63,533 nt of DNA, filler included, from GCA_964501035.1; 6 parts of 6 records of this genome joined end to end with filler, not necessarily neighbours in it; one strand, 5' to 3'; positions 1-10,969 are shown, numbered from the whole stretch's first letter. Numbers and translations are program-made. Notes: generated by a model from the sequence alone, not told the origin.

Positions 1-1119
1 GCAACTCGGCGAGATATTCATAAGCATCCAGAACTTGCATTTGAGGAAGTCCGCACCGCCAAAATTGTGGCTGAACGCCTTGCATCACTCGGTATTTCCA
101 TTCAAGAAAATGTGGGTAAAACAGGTGTTGTGGGGGTTTTGGAATGCAATGGAAATGGACCAACCATCGCCTTGCGAGCAGATATGGATGCTCTCCCCAT
201 TCAAGAAACGGGAGACCTCCCCTTTAAGTCTGTTCATGATGGAAAAATGCATGCCTGTGGTCATGATGCCCATGTTGCAACTTTATTAGGTGTTGCAGAG
301 GTATTGAGCAATATGAAATCTGCATTAAATGGATGTATAAAATTTATTTTTCAACCTGCTGAAGAGGGTGAAGGTGGCGCGAAATACATGATTGATGATG
401 GTGCACTTGACGGAGTGGATGCAATCATTGGGGCGCATATGTGGAACTATCAAGAAGTGGGAACCATTGGTGTAAAATCGGGGCCGGTTATGGCTGCTGC
501 GGATGGATTTGACATTCAGATAAAAGGAGTTGGTGGACATGGCGCTGCACCTCAAGGGACGGTAGATGCGATTGTGGTCGCCTCACATCTTATTCAATCA
601 TTTCAAACCATAGTTAGTCGAAATACAAATCCACTCGAAAGTACAGTGGTTACAGTTGGAACCATTCATGGTGGGTCAAATTTTAATGTTATCTCAGATT
701 CAGTTCATTTAGAAGGAACAACTCGCGCATATTCTGAAGAAAATAGGCAGTTAATCAAAACTCGGTTGCACGACATAGTTGATGGAACTGAAAATATGTT
801 TGGAGCAGATATTACTTTTCAATATTGGGATGGATATCCACCAACAATCAATGATGCCAATGTAACAAAGCGTGTGTTTGAAGCATCACAAAACATTGTG
901 GGAAAAGGCGCAACCGAACCGTACTTATCTATGGGGGGAGAAGATTTTAGTTACTTTGCTCAAAAAGTACCCGGTTGTTTCTTTTTTATTGGCTCTTCAC
1001 CCAAGGGTAAACCACTCATGAGTGTACCACATCATTGCTCACATTTTAATATTGATGAAGAGGCAATGCTGATTGGAGCCAGCGTATTTGTAAATATGGT
1101 AGAATCATGGCTAAATTGA
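1..1119 (+). CDS. M20D family amidohydrolase (5' partial)
   Basis: Frame open from base 1 (RRDIHKHPELAFEE); motifs LRADMDALP, MHACGHDAH, FQPAEEG, GGHGA, GGEDF, PHH. Confidence 0.92.
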   Translation, partial: ATRRDIHKHPELAFEEVRTAKIVAERLASLGISIQENVGKTGVVGVLECNGNGPTIALRADMDALPIQETGDLPFKSVHDGKMHACGHDAHVATLLGVAEVLSNMKSALNGCIKFIFQPAEEGEGGAKYMIDDGALDGVDAIIGAHMWNYQEVGTIGVKSGPVMAAADGFDIQIKGVGGHGAAPQGTVDAIVVASHLIQSFQTIVSRNTNPLESTVVTVGTIHGGSNFNVISDSVHLEGTTRAYSEENRQLIKTRLHDIVDGTENMFGADITFQYWDGYPPTINDANVTKRVFEASQNIVGKGATEPYLSMGGEDFSYFAQKVPGCFFFIGSSPKGKPLMSVPHHCSHFNIDEEAMLIGASVFVNMVESWLN

Positions 1120-1144
1120 GGGGTATTTAATCAAGGAGATTCAC

Positions 1145-2346
1145 ATGTACTACAAACCACCCATATTCTTCATTCTTCTATCTTCAATTTTTAATTTTAC
1201 CCTCGCTCAAGAGGTCACCCTCACCTTTGACTGCCCTGAGGAGGTGGTGGCAGGGAGTGAGGGAAATATACTTACTATTAATTTGGAGAATGATATTTAT
1301 CTTGACGGATTTGAATTAAAATTGGATTTGGGGTCAACTGAAATTGAATTAATAGATGTAATAAACGGTAATGTACTGCCAAGTTGGAACACAACATCTT
1401 TTGTTTTAGATTCAACCTACTTAAACATTATAACATTTAACTTTTCTGGTGGATTAATCGACCCTGGGAATGGTACTCTATTTCATATTGAATATAACGC
1501 ACCACCAAATGATTCAGAATTTAATGTATCTATAATTGATGCTTCAACATTTGAATCTCCTGGTTTTGAAATTTTTGAAAATATTGATTTCTCAGATACA
1601 TGCACCATTTCTGTAGTTGAACCGCAGGAAGAACTGGAAGTGTATCTGGGTTTTGGTGAAATTGACCCCATTGAAAATACAGTTGAAATTATTATGAATG
1701 TAAATGACCCACCTGGGTATGATGGAGTAACTGGGTTTCAGTTTACTCTTAATGGGGGAATTATAAATGATGCACTTTGGGGAAATGAATGGGGATATTT
1801 GGGAGATTACTTTATTATGATTTCCGCATCAGATTCAATTGTGATTGCATTTGGCGACTTTAATGTTCAAGGGCGTGAAGGAGTAGCATTTACATTAGAA
1901 TTTGATGAATTTATCGAAAATGAATTATGTATTACAGATGTGCTAATGTCAAATACAACTGGACAAAGTATAGAAAATATTGAAGTTGACGATTGTGTTT
2001 CAATTTCTCAATATTGCACTGTTCCAGGCGATGTAAACAATGACCAAATTGTAAATGTGTTGGACATTCTATCTATAATTTGTATATGGGAATGCAATTA
2101 TGAATGTACCGATAGTGCCGATGTTAATGAAGATGGTACTGTTAATATTTTAGACATTGTGATGATGGTGAATATTATTTTGGANNNNNNNNNNNNNNNN
2201 NNNNNNNNNNNNNNNNNNNNNNNNNNNNNNNNNNNNNNNNNNNNNNNNNNNNNNNNNNNNNNNNNNNNNNNNNNNNNNNNNNNNAAGATGGTACTGTTAA
2301 TATTTTAGACATTGTGATGATGGTGAATATTATTTTGGAAGAATAA
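1145..2346 (+). CDS. Secreted protein with two cohesin-like beta domains and a C-terminal dockerin type I domain
   Basis: SD AAGGAG; signal peptide; GDVNNDQIVNVLDI...ADVNEDGTVNILDIVMMVNIIL duplicated Ca-binding dockerin motif. The sequence after the N gap (2285-2339) repeats that before it, so the true end is ...NIILEE* (TAA 2344-2346). Confidence 0.8.
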
Positions 2347-2347
2347 T

Positions 2348-3076
2348 ATGACACTCCCAAAAAGAAAATCACCTCGTTTACAGGGATTTGATTATTCCAA
2401 TGCTAACATGTATTATGTCACCATTTGCGCCCAACATAAGCAATGCTTGTTTGGTGAGGTAGTAAACGAGAAAATGCAATTAAACTGGAAGGGGGAAATT
2501 GTGAATGAATGTTGGATGAAACTTCCCAACCATTACCCCCATATTACATTGGATACATTCGTTACCATGCCCAACCATTTTCATGGACTTTTATCAATCA
2601 ATAATATTTGTAGGGGCGAGGTCGCCTCGCCAGATATTGTGCAAAACCATAAAGCAGGAAACGAATTCAAATCATCCCAAATTGACACGACAGATTTAAA
2701 CCCAATTACAAACCGTAGGGGCGAGGTCGCCTCGCCAGATATTATGCAAAACCATAAAGCAGGAAACAAATTCAAATCAAACCAGATTAACACGGCGGAT
2801 TTAAACCCAATTCCAAACCGTAGGGGCGAGATCACCTCGCCAGATATTGCACACAATCATACAACGGACAGGGAAACCCTGTCCCTACCGAGACCTGCTT
2901 TGGGTCAGATAATTGCATATTTCAAATATCTTACTACAAAAATTATCAACCAAAAAACAAACACCCCCGGTACTAAACTTTGGCAACGGTCTTTCTTTGA
3001 CCATATTATTCGTAATGATGAAGATTATTGGAACACTCAATCCTATATTGATGCAAACCCTGCCAAATGGGATTAG
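2348..3076 (+). mobile_element. REP-associated tyrosine transposase (RAYT, IS200-like HUH Y1 family) with in-frame REP insertion
   Basis: N-terminal RKSPRLQGFDYS..YYVTIC, HUH motif MPNHFHG, LWQRSFFDHIIR and catalytic YIDANP; about 90 aa REP-derived insert after the HUH motif. Confidence 0.9.
2610..2888. repeat. REP array inside RAYT: three direct GTAG-REPs at 105-bp period plus one inverted REP
   Basis: GTAGG-GGCGAGG-TCG-CCTCGCC at 2610 and 2715, a variant at 2820; minus-strand GTAG-GGACAGGG-TTT-CCCTGTCC at 2866-2888. Confidence 0.92.
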
Positions 3077-3105
3077 GATAAAGAAAATAAATTAAGGAGA
3101 TTCAA

Positions 3106-4725
3106 ATGAAATTCAAACCACCCATAATTTTAATTCTTCTATCTTCAATTTTTAATTTTACCCTCGCCCAAGAGGTCACCCTAACCTTTGACTGCCCTGA
3201 TGAAGTAGTGGCGGGGAGTGAAGGGAATATACTGCCGATAAATATTGATGCCTTTGAAGATGTATGGGGTATTCAATTTGACATTCCTTTTGACCCTGAA
3301 TTAATTGAGTTCTCTGAAGTAACAACCAGTGAAGTTATAAATGATGGTGAAATGGTAAGTTGGACAGTTAATGAAGATACATTATTCGTAATAAGTTTTG
3401 ATTTTGATGGAACTCCAACTATGTTTGCTGGTGCAGGAAATATATTCAATCTTCAATATAATGTGATTGGGGATAGTGGATTAGACATACATTTTGAATT
3501 TGCAAATGTTTCCATGAGCGATGGCATGGGTCAGTTGATGGATATGGATGTTTCGGATCAATGTACCGTTCCGGTTGTAGAACCCGACCCACAAATTGGT
3601 GATGAATGTGAAGCTCCTTGGGATGGCTCATTTGGGTATTATGATTGTGTTCTAGACTGTGTTCCACTAGATTATTGGAATGATTGGTTGGGTGATGGTT
3701 ATTGCGACCACCTCACACCTGTGAATTTTTCCTGCACTGAATTTGGCTATGATTGTGGTGATTGTGACCCAAATTGGGATGGGACTGATCCTTTGGGGTA
3801 TTGTTCTGAAGATTGTGAGGCTGGATTCACATATAGCCATTCTTTTCCTGAGAATGTTCAATCCGATGGCAACTGTTTTTATACTGATAATTTAGTGTCA
3901 TTGGTTGATTTAATTACACATAGTGAACTAGAAATGGAATCTCCGTTTGATATTGGTCTGCAAACATGGGAGGATGGTTATCTTATTCATTTATACGCAA
4001 ATGATCTGGAACTAAGTACTTTGCCTGCATCTATCAACCTTCTTGATTCACTCCTTATTTTGGATGTGTCCAATAACAATATTACAGAGCTTCCAAGCAC
4101 ATTATGGACTATGAATCATTTGTATTCACTCCATGTTGAGACCAATCAGTTAACGAGTATTTCGGCTGAAATAGTCAATATGCAAAATCTTCATGGTACA
4201 TATTTTCGAAATAATCAAATTGAATCGATTCCCGTTGAATTTTGGGATATACCAAATTTGCAAAGTGTATTTCTATCCGAAAATAATATTGAAGGTGAGC
4301 TTCCAATAGAAATTGCCCATGCGGTAAATATTGAATGGTTATGGCTCGAAGGGAATCTGTTAAATGGATATATCCCAGATGAAATATGTAGCTTGAACCC
4401 CGAATTGTTTTTTGGAAATTGTTCCGGTGAACCCCATTTTAGAATTTATGGAAATGAACTATGCCCACCCTACCCAGATTGTACTGTTGAATTTATTGGG
4501 TATCAAAATACAGAGTTTTGTAGTGAGTGTTCAGATGTGGTGGGTGATACCAATAATGATGAAATTGTGAATGTCTTGGATATAATTTCAGTCGTAAATC
4601 TGTTAATTCTCATTGATGATCCCCCATCGGATTTCACCTGCTACGACAATGCAGATGTTAATGAAGATGGTACTGTTGACGTTATAGACATTGTAATGAT
4701 GGTGAATATTATTCTGGAAGAATAA
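3106..4725 (+). CDS. Secreted protein: cohesin-like domain, LNR/Notch-like Cys repeat, leucine-rich repeats, C-terminal dockerin
   Basis: First ~45 aa nearly identical to the 1145 protein; WLGDGYCD..C..FGYDCGDC; LxxLxVxxNxIxxLP repeats; GDTNNDEIVNVLDI...ADVNEDGTVDVIDIV. Confidence 0.85.
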   Translation: MKFKPPIILILLSSIFNFTLAQEVTLTFDCPDEVVAGSEGNILPINIDAFEDVWGIQFDIPFDPELIEFSEVTTSEVINDGEMVSWTVNEDTLFVISFDFDGTPTMFAGAGNIFNLQYNVIGDSGLDIHFEFANVSMSDGMGQLMDMDVSDQCTVPVVEPDPQIGDECEAPWDGSFGYYDCVLDCVPLDYWNDWLGDGYCDHLTPVNFSCTEFGYDCGDCDPNWDGTDPLGYCSEDCEAGFTYSHSFPENVQSDGNCFYTDNLVSLVDLITHSELEMESPFDIGLQTWEDGYLIHLYANDLELSTLPASINLLDSLLILDVSNNNITELPSTLWTMNHLYSLHVETNQLTSISAEIVNMQNLHGTYFRNNQIESIPVEFWDIPNLQSVFLSENNIEGELPIEIAHAVNIEWLWLEGNLLNGYIPDEICSLNPELFFGNCSGEPHFRIYGNELCPPYPDCTVEFIGYQNTEFCSECSDVVGDTNNDEIVNVLDIISVVNLLILIDDPPSDFTCYDNADVNEDGTVDVIDIVMMVNIILEE

Positions 4726-4726
4726 T

Positions 4727-4863
4727 ATGACACTCTCCAAAAGAAAATCACCTCGTTTACAGGGATTTGATTATACATCCCCCAAAATGTTTGTAGGGGC
4801 GAGGTTGCGTCGTCTAAATTGTACCCAATCATACAACGGACAGGGAACCCTGTCCCTACCGAG
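4727..4863 (+). pseudogene. Internally deleted RAYT remnant carrying a REP doublet (REPIN-like)
   Basis: ATGACACTCTCCAAAAGAAAATCACCTCGTTTACAGGGATTTGATTAT matches the RAYT 5' end; degenerate REP at 4793; inverted REP GGACAGGGAACCCTGTCCCTAC at 4838-4859. Confidence 0.85.
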
Positions 4864-4886
4864 GGTATTTAAACAAGAAGATTCGC

Positions 4887-4972
4887 ATGAAATTTAAACC
4901 ACACATAATTTTAATTCTTCTATTTTCTGTCTTCAATACGGTATTTGCCAAGATGAAACCCTTACTTTTGTT
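4887..4972 (+). pseudogene. Truncated third paralog of the dockerin-protein family (signal peptide only)
   Basis: MKFKPHIILILLFSVFNTVFA mirrors the 3106 start; GCCAAGATGAAACCCTTACTTTTG reads AQDETLTF with one base missing; homology then ends. Confidence 0.7.
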
Positions 4973-5156
4973 TTATCAATTTGAATCCAATTACTGCAAA
5001 ATATCCGAAAATGGAAACTACAACCCAAGATGCCCAAAATGGAATAGTATGACCGCCTACTCGTACATAAGTTGCATCTACTAACCGACATAGGTGTGCA
5101 AGTGATATACATACAAACATGATTGAAGTGATTAGATTGTAACGTTTTTGATTCAT
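4962..5156 (-). CDS. Small two-TM membrane protein, hypothetical
   Basis: SD GAGG upstream; two hydrophobic helices with AHLCRL..P.W.SW pattern. Confidence 0.65.
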   Translation of the reverse strand: MNQKRYNLITSIMFVCISLAHLCRLVDATYVRVGGHTIPFWASWVVVSIFGYFAVIGFKLIKQK

Positions 5157-5308
5157 TTTGACCTCATTTGCTCATCCAAATTTACAAAATATAAAGTTTA
5201 TTGGGCTAAATTTCAGGGATAATACAAATTTGCATCCAATCATTGTGTCAATCTTGCGTAGATTTACCCCGTTTTTCAAATATATATTTTAATATTTAGG
5301 AAGGATAT

Positions 5309-7292
<1,984 letters not shown>

Positions 7293-7351
7293 ACTTTCTT
7301 AGCAAGAAAGTATTTTCTCCTTCCGTAACAATGATATAACAAGGAGAAAAT

Positions 7352-9439
7352 ATGAATACACTACTACCATTTTTTACACTTATCACCAGCATTACAATCA
7401 TGTTTGCAGATACCCAAACAGAAAAAGCTGAGATTCCAACTGAATTACAACATCCACTCATACGAATGAAAGACGTGCAAACTGGAACACTCGTTTTTCG
7501 AGATTCTGAAGACCCAAATTTATTGCATGTGCTTCCAAACTTAGAAACTCAGGCCAATATTCACATAACTGGAGCGGTTGAAACGACAACTATCAATCAG
7601 GTGTTTACCAATACTGGAAATTTCCCAATTGAAGCAATTTATGTTTTTCCATTACCCGAAAATGGTGCAGTGCATGATATGAAAATGCTCATTAATGACC
7701 GTTTAATCCAGGGGGTAATTAAAGAAAAAGAAGAAGCTAAAATAATTTATGAAAAAGCAAAAAAAGAAGGAAAGCGAGCTAGTTTAACAGAACAACAACG
7801 ACCCAATATTTTTACCAATTCTGTTGCAAATATCATGCCCGGAGATGTAATCATTATTCGTCTTGAATATATTGCACCCGTACAATATGAAGACGGAGTA
7901 TTTTCACTACGCTTTCCAACTGTGGTTGCTCCCCGTTTTATTCCGGGTAACAAAATCACAGGTTACTCTGGAAATGGATGGGCTCAGGATACCGATATTG
8001 TTCCAGATGCATCCAAAATCACACCGCCGGTTCTTCCAAAAGGATATAGAGATGGCCATAATATTAGTATTACTGTAACACTTGATTCTGGGTTGCCCAT
8101 TGATGATGTAAATTGTGAATCTCATTATATAATTACAGAAAAGTTAGATGAAAATATTTACCAAATATCATTAAAAAATAATGTTGCTATTCCAAATAGG
8201 GACTTTGTTTTAGACTATACTATTAAACAAGGTTTTGAACCCCAAGCTGCACTGTTTACTGCCGTTGAAAATGATGAACATTATTTCATGCTTATGGCAG
8301 TTCCTCCAAAACAAACTTCACAAACAATACTTCCCAAAGAAATGGTATTTATAATCGATGTGTCAGGGTCAATGAGTGGCGAATCAATTGGTCAAGCCAA
8401 ACAAGGATTAGAGCAAATGGTTCAAAGCTTACGTAAAGATGATTACTTCAATATTATCGCCTTTGATGATGAGAACTATTTATTTAAGGGAAGCACTATA
8501 AAAGCAACAAAAAATAATAAAGCGGAAGCATTTGAATTCATATACAATTTAAAGGCAATGGGAGGAACCAATGCCCACCCTGCCCTTAGACTAGGAATGC
8601 AAATGATGACCCACAATGATCTTGTGAACATGGTCATATTTTTAACCGATGGTTCGGTAGGAAATGAGAAGGATCTCATAAACTTGGTTCATTGGAACAT
8701 TAATAACTCACGCCTATTCCCTATTGGGATTGGGTCAGCACCGAATAGTTTTTTACTACGTAAAATTGCAAGAGAAGGGCGTGGGACATTTACGTATATT
8801 TCAACTACATCTCAGGTTGAAAGTAAAATTTCTGAACTGTTCCATAAAATTGAGCAACCCGCACTCACCGACCTACAATTGCATATTGAAGGGAGTCCAG
8901 AACTGTTTCCAAATCCAATTCCAGATTTATTTATTGGTGAGCCCCTTTTTGTTGTAGGAAAAATGCAAGACTCAAGTGATAAACCTGCAATTCTAACGGG
9001 TCGTACCCCTGAAGGGTATATAAAACTATCCATTGAACTTAATACAGAAAATGCAAGTAAAGACCCTGCAATTCCAACGATTTGGGCGCGTGCAAAAATA
9101 TCTCAACTTATGGAGGAGTATTGGCTTGGTGATAGAAACAAACGAGATGAAGTACTAAAATTAGCTTTAGACTATCAATTACTAACACAATTTACATCCT
9201 TTGTTGCAGTTGAACATAAAATTGTAAACCCCGAGGGCAAGAGCATGAAAAGTGCCATTCCAACCCATATTCCTAAGGGTTGGGATTTTGAAAAAGTATT
9301 TGCTGATGCTGAATCCTCAATCAATACCGTTGTAATTCCTAAAACTGGAAGTTCTGCCCCATTATTTGGGATAATTGGAATGTTGCTAATACTACTAGCT
9401 GGTAGTTTAGCCCGTTTTGTTTCTGTAAAAGAGAAATGA
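7352..9439 (+). CDS. VIT + vWA domain sortase target protein (marine proteobacterial type)
   Basis: VIT domain (EAIYVFPLP), MIDAS DVSGS..T..FLTDG, C-terminal IPKTG + TM helix + basic tail. Confidence 0.9.
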   Translation: MNTLLPFFTLITSITIMFADTQTEKAEIPTELQHPLIRMKDVQTGTLVFRDSEDPNLLHVLPNLETQANIHITGAVETTTINQVFTNTGNFPIEAIYVFPLPENGAVHDMKMLINDRLIQGVIKEKEEAKIIYEKAKKEGKRASLTEQQRPNIFTNSVANIMPGDVIIIRLEYIAPVQYEDGVFSLRFPTVVAPRFIPGNKITGYSGNGWAQDTDIVPDASKITPPVLPKGYRDGHNISITVTLDSGLPIDDVNCESHYIITEKLDENIYQISLKNNVAIPNRDFVLDYTIKQGFEPQAALFTAVENDEHYFMLMAVPPKQTSQTILPKEMVFIIDVSGSMSGESIGQAKQGLEQMVQSLRKDDYFNIIAFDDENYLFKGSTIKATKNNKAEAFEFIYNLKAMGGTNAHPALRLGMQMMTHNDLVNMVIFLTDGSVGNEKDLINLVHWNINNSRLFPIGIGSAPNSFLLRKIAREGRGTFTYISTTSQVESKISELFHKIEQPALTDLQLHIEGSPELFPNPIPDLFIGEPLFVVGKMQDSSDKPAILTGRTPEGYIKLSIELNTENASKDPAIPTIWARAKISQLMEEYWLGDRNKRDEVLKLALDYQLLTQFTSFVAVEHKIVNPEGKSMKSAIPTHIPKGWDFEKVFADAESSINTVVIPKTGSSAPLFGIIGMLLILLAGSLARFVSVKEK

Positions 9440-10002
9440 AATTCATACGGTATGTCATATTTTGCATTCTCATTCTTGGAGTCGCATTTACGACAAAATC
9501 AGGATGGTATTATGTAAAGGGTATTCTTGCTCAACATTTATTAAACATGGCATGGTTTACTCAACAATCTACGGGTGAAGTTCAAAAGGCGTGGGATTGG
9601 TCGGATTCTGTGCCTGCAGGAAAACTCATTATTCCATCTATTGATCTATCTCATGTTATATTAGACAATGCAAACAATGAAGCTCTCGCATTTGGACCTG
9701 GGCATATTGAAGGAACTTCATTCCCTGGTGAATCAGGCAATATTGGTATAGCAGGTCACCGCGATAGTTTTTTTAAACAATTAGAAAATATAAGTGAGGG
9801 TGATTTTATTGGTTTGGAATATGATGCAGGATTACAAATTTATCAAGTATCTCACTTAGAAGTAATTGAACCCAATCAAACAGAATGGTTAAACCCAACA
9901 AATTTTGATTGTCTTACTCTCGTCACATGTTACCCATTCCAATATGATGGTGATTCCCCACAACGTTATATAGTACGAGCTAATTCAGTATACTCAAAAT
10001 AA
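9436..10002 (+). CDS. Class GN (marine proteobacterial-type) sortase
   Basis: KGILAQHLL N-terminus, LAFGPGH, IAGHRDS, LTLVTCYPF, catalytic R in QRYIV. Confidence 0.92.
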   Translation: MKFIRYVIFCILILGVAFTTKSGWYYVKGILAQHLLNMAWFTQQSTGEVQKAWDWSDSVPAGKLIIPSIDLSHVILDNANNEALAFGPGHIEGTSFPGESGNIGIAGHRDSFFKQLENISEGDFIGLEYDAGLQIYQVSHLEVIEPNQTEWLNPTNFDCLTLVTCYPFQYDGDSPQRYIVRANSVYSK

Positions 10003-10020
10003 TTTCATTTTTTATTTGGT

Positions 10021-10039
10021 ATTGAGATTTATTCTCATT
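10021..10039. promoter_or_regulatory. Putative Fur-family box
   Basis: ATTGAGATTTATTCTCATT matches the 9-1-9 palindrome AATGAGAATnATTCTCATT at 16/18 positions; upstream of a CopD-containing operon. Confidence 0.6.
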
Positions 10040-10064
10040 TAACTTACGGCGTTAGTTATTTACT

Positions 10065-10131
10065 GTGTTTTGAATCCTAGTGTAGCGTTTTCCTACATTC
10101 ATATTCCAGTTACCTACGCTAGGATCAACAC
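10065..10131 (+). other. Long bulged stem-loop in the 5' leader
   Basis: GTGTT(TT)GA(A)TCCTAGTGTAG pairs with CTACGCTAGGATCAACAC; ends immediately before the SD. Confidence 0.55.
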
Positions 10132-10142
10132 GAAAGGGAAAA

Positions 10143-10520
10143 ATGAAAAAAAGAAATTATACATATTACGAAAGCACAGAAAATGGTGAAATCTACCAAT
10201 GTAAATCATGCTCAAGCTTTCACATTAAATTTGGGACTACTGCTGTTAAACTATCTGTATCTCAGTTCCACTCACTCACAAACATACTACATACACAAGA
10301 ATCAATTTATTATTCAAACCCGAGTAAAATTCCTGAAACTGTAGCAGTTCCTTTGTTAGAGCATCGAATATTTATGCAATTAAATCCAGGTGAATTTTTT
10401 GAATTCAAATCGTTAGTACATAATATCTGGCAAAAATTTGTCGGTGATTATAAACTTCAATATAATGTAAACATTGAAAAACATTTGCGTTCTCAATTAA
10501 AAATGACACTAAAAAACTAG
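10143..10520 (+). CDS. Hypothetical CxxC protein (DUF6686-like)
   Basis: GEIYQCKSCSSFHIKFG pattern; SD AAGGGA. Confidence 0.6.
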   Translation: MKKRNYTYYESTENGEIYQCKSCSSFHIKFGTTAVKLSVSQFHSLTNILHTQESIYYSNPSKIPETVAVPLLEHRIFMQLNPGEFFEFKSLVHNIWQKFVGDYKLQYNVNIEKHLRSQLKMTLKN

Positions 10521-10528
10521 GAAAAACT

Positions 10529-10969
10529 ATGCATTCAATTATTTTACTACTTCACGTTATTTCAGCAACCATTTGGACAGGGGGTCACCTTGTTCTTTCA
10601 TTGGGATTTTTGCCCAAAGCATTGGCAAATAATAATCCAGATATTGTAAATAATTTTGAGTCTATTTATGAAAAAATAGGTATTCCATCATTACTTACAC
10701 AAATTGTAACTGGGGTATTACTTGCGTACAACTACTTTCCCACATTTACAGATTTCTTTGGGTTTTCAAACCACCTTCAAACACATCTTACGTATAAATT
10801 CATTTTACTTGGATTAACTGCAATATTAGCATTGGATGCAAGATTACGAATTATTCCAAAACTGGGCACCCACAATTTAAAAGCTCTTGCTTGGCATATT
10901 ATTCCAGTTACCATTTTATCTGTGTTATTTGTAGTTGTCGGTGTAAGTTTTAAAAATGGGATATTATAA
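10529..10969 (+). CDS. CopD-family membrane protein
   Basis: LHVISATIWTGGHL, four TM helices, AWHI. Confidence 0.75.
   Translation: MHSIILLLHVISATIWTGGHLVLSLGFLPKALANNNPDIVNNFESIYEKIGIPSLLTQIVTGVLLAYNYFPTFTDFFGFSNHLQTHLTYKFILLGLTAILALDARLRIIPKLGTHNLKALAWHIIPVTILSVLFVVVGVSFKNGIL

Noticed and set aside
2120..2340. Apparent duplicated dockerin end and frameshift around the 100-N gap
   Set aside because: The flanks overlap exactly, which indicates an unmerged scaffold overlap. An extra hidden unit cannot be fully excluded but is unsupported.
2610..2888. CRISPR-like palindromic repeats with spacers
   Set aside because: The spacers are near-copies of each other, the array is in frame within a RAYT, the repeats have GTAG-REP structure, and no cas genes are present.
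1145..4725. Diversity-generating retroelement (TR/VR pair)
   Set aside because: No reverse transcriptase is present, and differences between the repeated ends are not adenine-specific.
1145..4725. Cellulosome
   Set aside because: No glycoside hydrolase or multi-cohesin scaffoldin is visible; only the modules are shared.
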